A DNA stretch of 64,000 nt from Eledone cirrhosa. Its lineage: Eukaryota. The position numbers were made by a program, and so were the translations under genes. The stretch covers positions 1 to 64,000 of the forward strand of contig CAXHJY010000082.1 of the NCBI GenBank assembly GCA_964016885.1. Direction: 5' to 3'. Positions 54,401 to 64,000 of this stretch are shown here, one piece after another. Positions within the stretch are counted from its first letter, which is position 1; each line of letters opens with the position of its first letter. The notes under the pieces were generated by a model, which was not told the origin of the DNA, made no database searches, and was given only the letters and a program-made list of their open reading frames with translations.

Positions 54401-57400
54401 GGGCTGGGAATTGACAGAGTTGGTAAGGAGTTGAATAGATAGGGCTGGGAATTGACAGAGTTGGTAAGGAGTTGGATAGATAGGCCAGGGAATTGATAGA
54501 GTTGTTAAGGAGTTGGATAGATAGGGCTGGGAATTGACAGAGTTGGTAAGGAGTTGAATAGATAGGGCTGGGAATTGACAGAGTTGGTAAGGAGTTGAAT
54601 AGATAGGGCTGGGAATTGACAGAGTTGGTAAGGAGTTGAATAGATAGGGCTGGGAATTGACAGAGTTGGTAAGGAGTTGGATAGATAGGGCTGCGAATTG
54701 ATAGAGCTGGTAAGGAGTTGAATAGATAGGGCTGGGTATTGATAGAGCTGGTAAGGAGTTGGATAGATAGGGCTGGGAATTGACAGAGTTGGTAAGGAGT
54801 TGGATAGATAGGGCTGGGAATTGACAGAGTTGGTAAGGAGTTGGATAGATAGGGCTGGGAATTGATAGAGCTGGTAAGGAGTTGAATAGATAGGGCTGGG
54901 AATTGACAGAGTTGGTAATGAGTTCAATAGATATGGCCGGGAATTGACAGAGATGGTAAGGAGTTGAATAGACAGGGCTGGGAATTGATAGAGTTGGTAA
55001 GGAGATGGATAGATAGGGCTGGGAATTGACAGAGCTGGTAAGGAGTTGAATAGATAGGGCTGGGAATTGACAGAGCTGGTAAGGAGTTTGATAGATAGGG
55101 CTGGGAATTGATAGAGCTGGTAAGGAGTTGGATAGATTGGGCTGCGAATTGACAGAGCTGGTAAGGAGTTTGATTGATAGGGCTGGGAATTGATAGAGCT
55201 GGTAAGGAGTTGAATAGATAGGGAGGGGAATTGACAGAGTTGGTAAGGAGGTGTATAGAAAGGGCTGGAAATTTACAGAGCTGGTAAGGAGTTGGATAGA
55301 CAGGGCTGGGAATTGATAGAGTTGGTAAGGAGATGGATAGATAGGGCTGGGAATTGACAGAGCTGGTAAGGAGTTGAATAGATAGGGCTGGGAATTGACA
55401 GAGTTGGTAAGGAGGTGCATAGAAAGGGCTGGGAATTGACAGAGCTGGTAAGGAGTTGAATAGATAGGGCTGGGAATTGACAGAGTTGGTAAGGAGTTGG
55501 ATAGATAGGCCAGGGAATTGATAGAGTTGGTAAGGAGTTGGATAGATAGGGCTGGGAATTGACAGAGTTGGTAAGGAGTTGAATAGATAGGGCTGGGAAT
55601 TGACAGAGTTGGTAAGGAGTTGAATAGATAGGGCTGGGAATTGACAGAGTTGGTAAGGAGTTGAATAGATAGGGCTGGGAATTGACAGAGTTGGTAAGGA
55701 GTTGGATAGATAGGGCTGCGAATTGATAGAGCTGGTAAGGAGTTGAATAGATAGGGCTGGGTATTGCTAGAGCTGGTAAGGAGTTGGATAGATAGGGCTG
55801 GGAATTGACAGAGTTGGTAAGGAGTTGGATAGATAGGGCTGGGAATTCACAGAGTTGGTAAGGAGGTGGATAGATAGGGCTGGGAATTGATAGAGCTGGT
55901 AAGGAGTTGAATAGATAGGGCTGGGAATTGACAGAGTTGGTAAGGAGTTGAATATATAGGTCTCGGAATTCATAGAGTTGGTAAGGAGTTGGAAAGATAA
56001 GGCTGGGAATTGACAGAGTTGGTAAGGAGTTGGATAGATAGGGCTGGGAATTGACAGAGTTGGTAAGGAGTTGGATAGATAGGGTTGGGAATTGATAGAG
56101 TTGGTAAGGAGTTCAATAGGTAGGGCTGGGAATTGATAGAGTTGTTAATGAGTTCAATAGATATGGCCGGGAATTGACAGAGCTGGTAAGGAGTTGAATA
56201 GACAGGGCTGGGAATTGATAGAGTTGGTAAGGAGATGGATAGATAGGGCTGGGAATTGACAGAGCTGGTAAGGAGTTGAATAGATAGGGCTGGGAATTGA
56301 CAGAGCTGGTAAGGAGTTGAATAGATAGGGCTGGGAATTGACAGAGCTGGTAAGGAGTTTGATAGATAGGGCTGGGAATTGATAGAGCTGGTAAGGAGTT
56401 GGATAGATAGGGCTGCGAATTGACAGATCTGGTAAGGAGTTTGATTGATAGGGCTGGGAATTGATAGAGCTGGTAAGGAGTTGAATAGATAGGGAGGGGA
56501 ATTGACAGAGTTGGTAAGGAGGTGTATAGAAAGGGCTGGAAATTTACAGAGCTGGTAAGTAGTTGGATAGATAGAGCTGGGAATTGATAGAGTTGGTAAG
56601 GAGTTGGATAGATAGGGCTGGGAATTAATAGAGTTGGTAGGGAGTTGGATAGATAGGGCTGGGAATTGATAGAGCTGTTAAGGAGTTGAATAAATAGGGC
56701 TGGGAATTGACAGAGTTGGTAAGGAGATGGATAGATAGGGCTGGGAATTGACAGAGTTGCTAAGGAGTTCGATAGATAGGGCTGGGAATTGATAGAGTTG
56801 GTAAGGGGTTCAATAGATAGGGCTGGGAATTGATAGAGCTGGTAAGGAGTTGGATAGATAGGGCCGAGAATTGACAGAGTTGGTAAGGAGTTTAATATAT
56901 AGGGCTGGGAATTGACAGAGTTGGTAAGGAGTTTGATAGATAGGGCTGGGAATTGACAGTGCTGGTAAGGAGTTTGATAGATAGGGCTGGGAATTGACAG
57001 AGTTGGTAAGGAGTTCAATAGATAGGGCTGGAAATTGATAGAGTTGGTAAGGGGTTCAATAGATAGGGCTGGGAATTGATAGAGTTGGTAAGGGGTTCAA
57101 TAGATAGGGCTGGGAATTGATAGAGCTGGTAAGGAGTTGGATAGATATGGCTGGGAATTGATAGAGTTGGTAAGGGGTTCAATAGATAGGGCTGGGAATT
57201 GACAGAGTTGGTAAGATTTTGGATAGATAGGTCTGGGAATTGACAGAGTTGGTAAGGAGTTGGATAGATAGGGCTGGGAATTGACAGATTTGGTAAGGAG
57301 TTGGATAGATAGGGCTGGGAATTGACAGAGTTGGTAAGGAGTTGGATAGATAGGGCTGGGAATTGACAGAGTTGCTAAGGAGTTGGATAGATAGGGCTGG

Positions 57401-60400
57401 GAAATGACAGAGCTGGTAAGGAGTTGGATAGATAGGGCTGGGAATTGACAGAGTTGGTAAAGAGTTGGATAGATAGGGCTGGGAATTGCCCGAGCTGGTA
57501 AGGAGTTGGATAGATAGGCCTGGGAATTGATAGAGTTGGTAAGGAGTTGGATAGATAGGGCTGGGAATTGACAGAGTTGGTAAGGAGTTGGATAGATAGG
57601 GCTGGGAATTGATAGAGCTGGTAAGGAGTTGAATAGATAGGGCTGGGAATTGACAGAGTTGGTAAGGAGTTGGATAGATAGGGCTGGCAATTGATAGAAT
57701 TGGTAAGGAGTTGGATAGACAGGGCTGGGAATTGACAGAGTTGGTCAGGAGTTGAATATATAGGTCTCGGAATTGATAGAGTTGGTAAGGAGTCGGATAC
57801 ATAGGGCTGGGAATTGACAGAGTTGGTAAGGAGTTGGAAAGATAGTGCTGGGAATTGACAGAGTTGGTAAGGAGTTGGATAGATAGGGCTGGGAATTGAT
57901 AGAGTTGGTAAGGAGTTCAATAGATATGGCCGGGAATTGACAGAGCTGGTAAGGAGTTGAATAGACAGGGCTGGGAATTGATAGAGTTGGTAAGGAGATG
58001 GATAGATAGGGCTGGGAATTGACAGAGCTGGTAAGGAGTTGAATAGATAGGGCTGGGAATTGACAGAGCTGGTAAGGTGTTGGATAGATAGTGCTGGGAA
58101 TTGAAAGAGTTGGTAAGGATTTGGATAGATAGGGCTGGGAATTGACAGAGTTGGTAAGGAGTTGGATAGATAGGGCTGGAAATTGATAGAGTTGGTAAAG
58201 AGTTCAATAGATAGGGCTGGGATTTGGTAGAATTGGTAAGGAGTTCAATAGATATGTCCGGGAATTGACAGAGCTGGTAAGGAGTCGGATAGATAGGGCT
58301 GGGAATTGATAGAGTTGGTAAGGAGTTGGATAGATAGGGCTGGGAATTGACAGAGTTGGTAAGGAGTTGGATAGATAGGGCTGGGAATTGACAGAGCTGG
58401 TAAGGAGTTGAATAGATAGGGCTGGGAATTGACAGAGCTGGTAAGGTGTTGGATAGAAAGGGCTTGGAATTGACAGAGCTGGTAAGGAGTTGGATAGATA
58501 GGGCTGGGAATTGATAGAGTTGGTAAGGAGTTCAATAGATAGGGCTGGTAATTGATAGAGCTGGTAAGGAGTTGGATAGATAGGGCCGAGAATTGACAGA
58601 GTTGGTAAGGAGTTTGATAGATAGAGCTGGGAATGGATAGAGCTGGTAAGGAGTTGGATAGATACGGCTGGGAATTGACAGAGTTGGTAAGGAGTTGGAT
58701 AGACAGAGCTGGGAATTGACAGTGTTGCTAAGGAGTTGGATAGATAGGGCTGGGAATTGACAGAGTTGGTAAGGAGTTGAATATATAGGTCTCGGAATTG
58801 ATAGAGTTGGTAAGGAGTTGGATACATAAGGCTGGGAATTGACAGAGTTGGTAAGGAGTTCAATAGCTATGGCCGGGAATTGACAGAGCTGGTAAGGAGT
58901 TGAATAGACAGGGCTGGGAATTGATAGAGTTGGTAAGGAGTTGGATAGATAGGCCTGGGAACTGACAAAGCTGGTAAGGAGTTTGATAGATAGGGCTGGG
59001 AATTGATATAGCTGGTAAGGAGTTGGATAGATAGGGCTGAGAATTGACAGAGTTGGTAAGGAGTTTGATAGATAGGGCTGAGAATTGACAGAGTTGGTAA
59101 GGAGTTTGATAGATAGGGCTGGGAATTGACAGAGTTGGTAAGGAGTTCAATAGATAGGACTGAGAATTGACAGAGCATGTAAGGAGTTGAATAGATACGG
59201 CTGGGAATTGACAGAGTTGGTAAGATGTTGGATAGATAGGGCTGGGAATTGACAGAGGTGGTAAGGAGTTTGATAGATAGGGCTGGGAATTGACAGAGTT
59301 GGTAAGGAGTTTGATAGATAGGGCTGGGAATTGACAATACTGGTAAGGAGTTTGATAGATAGGGCTGGGAATTGACAGAGTTGGTAAGGAGTTCAATAGA
59401 TAGGGCTGAGAATTGACAGAGCTGGTAAGGAGTTGAATAGATAGGGCTGGGAATTGACAGAGTTGGTAAGATGTTGGATAGATAGGGCTGGGAATTGACA
59501 GAGTTGGTAAGGAGTTGGATAGATAGGGCTGGGAATTGACAGAGCTGGTAAGGAGTTTGATAGATAGGGCTGGGAATTGATAGAGCTGGTAAGGAGTTGG
59601 ATAGATAGGGCTGAGAATTGACAGAGTTGGCAAGGTGTTTGATAGATAGGGCTGGGAATTGACAGAGTTGGTAAGGAAGTTGATAGATAGGGCTGGGAAT
59701 TGACAGTGTTGGTAAGGAGTTAGATAGATAGGGCTGGGAATTGATAGAGTTGGTAAGGAACTTGATAGATAGGGCTGGGAATTGACAGTGCTGGTAAGGA
59801 GTTTGATAGATAGGGCTGGGAATTGACAGAGTTGGTAAGGAGTTCAATAGCTATGGCCGGGAATTGACAGAGCTTGTAAGGAGTTGAATAGACAGGGCTG
59901 GGAATTGATAGAGTTGGTAAGGTGTTGGATAGATAGGGCTGAGAATTGACAGAGTTGGTAATGTGTTTGATAGATAGGGCTGGGAATTGACAGAGTTGGT
60001 AAGGAGTTGAATAGATAGGGCTGGGAATTGATAGAGCTGGTAAGGAGTTGAATAGATAGCGCTGGGAATTGACAGAGTTGATAAGGAGTTTGATAGATAG
60101 GGCTGGGAATTGACAGAGCTGGTAAGGTGTTGGATAGATAGGGTTGTGAATTGACAGAGCTGGTAAGGAGTTCAATAGATAGGGCTGGGAATTGACAGAG
60201 CTGGTAAGGAGTTCAATAGATAGGGCTGGGAATTGACAGAGCTGGTAAGGAGTTTGATAGATAGGGCTGGGAATTGATAGAGTTGGTAAGGAGATGGATA
60301 GATAGGGCTGGGAATTGACAGAGTTGGTAAGGAGTTGGATAGATAGGGCTGGGAATTGACAGAGTTGGTAAGGAGTTTGATAGATAGGGCTGGGAATGGA

Positions 60401-61610
60401 TAGAGCTGGTAAGGCGTTGGATAGATACGGCTGGGAATTGACAGAGTTGGTAAGGAGTTGGATAGATAGAGCTGGGAATTGACAGTGTTGCTAAGGAGTT
60501 GGATAGATAGGGCTGGGAATTGACAGAGTTGGTAAGGAGTTGGATAGATAGGGCTGGGAATTGATAGAGCTGGTAAGGAGTTGAATAGATAGGGCTGGGA
60601 ATTGACAGAGCTGGTAAGGAGTTGAATATATAGGTCTGGGAATTGATAGAGTTGGTAAGGAGTTAGATAGATAGGGCTGGGAATTGAAAGAGTTTGTAAG
60701 GAGTTGGATAGATAGGGCTGGGAATTGACAGAGCTGGTAAGGATTTCAATAGATAGGGCTGGGAATTGAAAGAGTTTGTAAGGAGTTGGATAGATAGGGC
60801 TGGGAATTGACAGAGCTGGTAAGGATTTCAATAGATAGGGCTGGGAATTGACAGAGTTGGTAAGGAGTTGGATAGATAGGGCTGGGAATTGACAGAGTTG
60901 GTAAGGAGTTGGATAGATAGGGCTGGGAATTGACAGAGCTGGTAAGGAGTTTGATAGATAGGGCTGGGAATTGATAGAGTTGGTATGGAGTTCAATAGAT
61001 AGGGCTGGGAATTGACAGAGCTGGTAAGGATTTCAATAGTTAGGGCTGGGAATTGACAGACCTGGTAAGGAGTTCAATAGATAGGGCTGAGAATAGACAG
61101 AGCTGGTAAGGAGTTTGATAGATAGGGCTGGGAATTGATAGAGTTGGTAAGGAGATGGATAGATGGGGATGGGAATTGACAGAGCTGGTAAGGAGTTGGA
61201 TAGATAGGGCTGGGAATTGACAGAGTTGGTAGGGAGTTCAATAGATAGGGCTGGGAATTGACAGAGCTGGTAAGGATTTCAATAGTTAGGGCTGGGAATT
61301 GACAGAGCTGGTAAGGAGTTCAATAGATAGGGCTGAGAATTGACAGAGCTGGTAAGGAGTTTGATAGATAGGGCTGGGAATTGACAGAGTTGGTAAGGAG
61401 TTGGATAGATAGGGCTGGGAATTGACAGAGTTGGTAAGGAGTTGGATAGATAGGGCTGGGAATTGACAGAGCTGGTAAGGAGTTTGATAGATAGGGCTGG
61501 GAATTGACAGAGCTGGGAAGGAGTTTGATACATAGGACTGGGAATATATAAAGTTGGTAAGCAGTTCAATAGATAGGGCTGGGATTCACAGAGCTGGTAA
61601 GGAGTTCAAC
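42476..61610. repeat. 41-bp tandem satellite, about 19.1 kb, about 465 units; consensus AGGGCTGGGAATTGACAGAGTTGGTAAGGAGTTGGATAGAT
   Basis: Directly visible. The period is confirmed by the 41-aa repeat (3 units = 123 bp) in the minus-strand ORFs. Confidence 0.98.
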
Positions 61611-61684
61611 AGAATAAATCACGGTGTTTGTTGCTGTTACCTTCAAAGGTCCACTTTACCTTTCATCCTTTCGACATAGATAGT
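61611..61684 (+). mobile_element. SINE body remnant directly abutting the last satellite unit
   Basis: TTCAAA (B-box remnant) then GGTCCACTTTACCTTTCATCCTTTCG, matching GGTTAACTTTGCCTTTCATCCTTACG of the SINEs at 8191 and 62836. Confidence 0.75.
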
Positions 61685-61821
61685 TCACTAATAGGTTCGA
61701 ATCTCCGCTATATGTCTTTCGAATATCCCATTTTCGTTTCTTCTTTTTCTGTCTTTCTTTTTCTTTCTTTCATTCTCTCTTTTTTTTTCTTTCTTTCTCT
61801 CTTTTTCTTTCTCTCTCTCTC

Positions 61822-61885
<64 letters not shown>

Positions 61886-62539
61886 TCTCTCTCCCTCTCT
61901 CTCTCTCTCCCTCTCTCTCTCTCTCCTGCTTCCTCCCCCCTGTATTCAGACATAGAGAGGAATGGTCTCAGACATTAGGTCTCAATAAGCATTTAACGCC
62001 CCATGGCGTTAGTCAAGGATATATCAAATACCCAAGATGATAACACGGGTGATATTTAACACCTATTTCCGCCATGGTGTTTGAGCCGAGATTCCGGCGT
62101 AAAAAATTTGAAAGGTTAATTATTGGCTAAATAAAAGGGGGAGGATTGTCAGCTCGGGCCAAGGATTCAATGTTTCCATTGGTCGTTTCATTGCCAGTAA
62201 TATCTCCCGGGCGCAACTACTGGCAGGAGCATGACTGCTTACACATACACACACAAACACACAAACACATACACATATATATAGATGCATGTATGTAAGC
62301 ATGTGTGTGTGTATATATATATATATAATTAGAACAGAAAACAAAAACAATAACGAAGAGTGCAGTACAAAGTGTTAGTATTAGGTTGAGAGTGTGTGTG
62401 CGTGTGTGTGTGTGTGGGGGGGGGGGTTATACATGTGTGTGACAGCTCACACCTATACAGGTTTAGCTGGCCTCCTCAAAAGTATATCTCGTTGGGGGTG
62501 TCTTTGGTGAGTTAATGATAGGGACCCCAGTCCTATCAT

Positions 62540-62682
62540 CTCATTTCTACAGCTGAGTAAACTGGAGCAACGTGAAATAAAGTGTCTTGCTCAAGGAAAC
62601 AACACATCACCCGGTCCGAGAATTGAACTCACAAACTTTCGATTGCAAGCCCAATGTTCTAACCGTTAAGCCATGCGCCTTC
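62540..62682 (-). mobile_element. tRNA-derived SINE head plus core
   Basis: Minus strand TGGCTTAACGG A-box, GAGTTCAATTC B-box, core TTGTTTCCTTGAGCAAGACACTTTATTTCACGTTGCTCCAG. Confidence 0.85.
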
Positions 62683-62835
62683 ACATACATATATATATAT
62701 ACGGCATATACACACAGAAGAAAGGAAAGAGGCTGACCCAAGGAGATTCTATTTCTATTGCTCTTCCCATTGCTGATTGAGCAGAAGTATGTTCAAAGGC
62801 ATTCCAGTCATGACCATCCAGTATTATTATGCATA

Positions 62836-62994
62836 GGGCGGTGGATTGGCAGTATTGGGAGAGGGTCGGACGCCATGCTTTGACGTATAGAGTTACGTCC
62901 GTTGCCATTCTGAGTTCAAATCCCGCTGAGGTTAACTTTGCCTTTCATCCTTACGGGGTCGATAAAATAAAGTACCAGTAATGCACTGGGATAA
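62836..62994 (+). mobile_element. tRNA-derived SINE, second family
   Basis: GGGCGGTGGATTGGCAGTATTGG head, GAGTTCAAATCC B-box, tail shared with 8191-8375. Confidence 0.85.
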
Positions 62995-63085
62995 TTGCTC
63001 TGGTGGGAGATTTTCCTATTTTTTCTAGCAGATCAAATGACAAGATAGAGCTCTATCTTTGGGTGGTTGTTGGTATTGTTTAGCT

Positions 63086-63357
63086 AAGGCATGTCAAATA
63101 TGCGACCCGCGGTGTGCATGCAGCCCTTTACAAGCACACCTGCAGCCCTTTACAAGCACACCTGCAGCCCTTTACAAGCACACCTGCATCCCTTTACAAG
63201 CACACCTGCAGCCCGCACAAATGTTTTTACAGCGCGAGCGTAATATAAAATAAAAAATATTAGTTGTAATGTGCGCAATTAGTTGTCGTGTGTGGCCCTC
63301 AGATGATACATATGTGACCCAAGTGGCCCTCGGGGAACCCTCAGTTTGACATGCTCC
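63086..63357. mobile_element. hAT-superfamily MITE with 8-bp TSD
   Basis: TIR core GCATGTCAAA and TTTGACATGC; GTTTAGCT duplicated at 63078-63085 and 63358-63365; internal 22-bp tandem repeats. Confidence 0.8.
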
Positions 63358-63464
63358 GTTTAGCTCATGCTTAGTTCTAATTGTTCAGACGTATTCCAGT
63401 GGTGGCCATCACATCATTTATATTTGTTAGCTCGAGTTTTAAGAAGAGACCCACCAGTAACCAC

Positions 63465-64000
<536 letters not shown>

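Noticed and set aside
42476-61610. CRISPR-like array or repetitive structural-protein gene
   Set aside because: Head-to-tail units with no unique spacers and no cas genes, in a eukaryotic context. The unit is not a multiple of 3 and stops are scattered.
42476-61610. Canonical G-quadruplex or telomeric repeat array
   Set aside because: Only two GGG tracts per 41 bp, separated from the next pair by 33 nt, and no TTAGGG-type repeat.

Overview
Eukaryotic, gene-poor repeat landscape. The extreme (TA)n/(TG)n/(CA)n density and the tRNA-derived SINE families suggest a cephalopod such as Octopus; that is an inference. I found no credible host exon, and nearly all ORFs in the track are translated microsatellites or satellite. 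Recognisable coding remnants all belong to retroelements: Penelope-like elements (PLEs; one Neptune-type at about 2.3-5.7 kb and Nematis-type at 12.2-12.7, 23.8-28.1 and 36.3-38.2 kb), RTE-clade LINE remnants (8.7-9.2, 19.5-19.7 and 19.7-22.0 kb), and a near full-length L1/Tx1-clade LINE on the minus strand (29.1-34.4 kb). There are also several SINEs and small Tc1/hAT-type MITEs. Two things stand out. (1) More than ten minimal hammerhead-ribozyme (HHR) motifs can be read by eye in PLE terminal repeats and fold-back structures, including two with a U3-A8 core variant and an ORF-less 1.9-kb unit with HHR-bearing 385-bp inverted repeats. (2) A roughly 19-kb, 41-bp-unit satellite (42.5-61.6 kb) appears to be the tandemly amplified 5' head (A-box region) of a SINE family present in this window, and its last unit runs into the remainder of that SINE. 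All alignments and folds were done by eye and none were computed.
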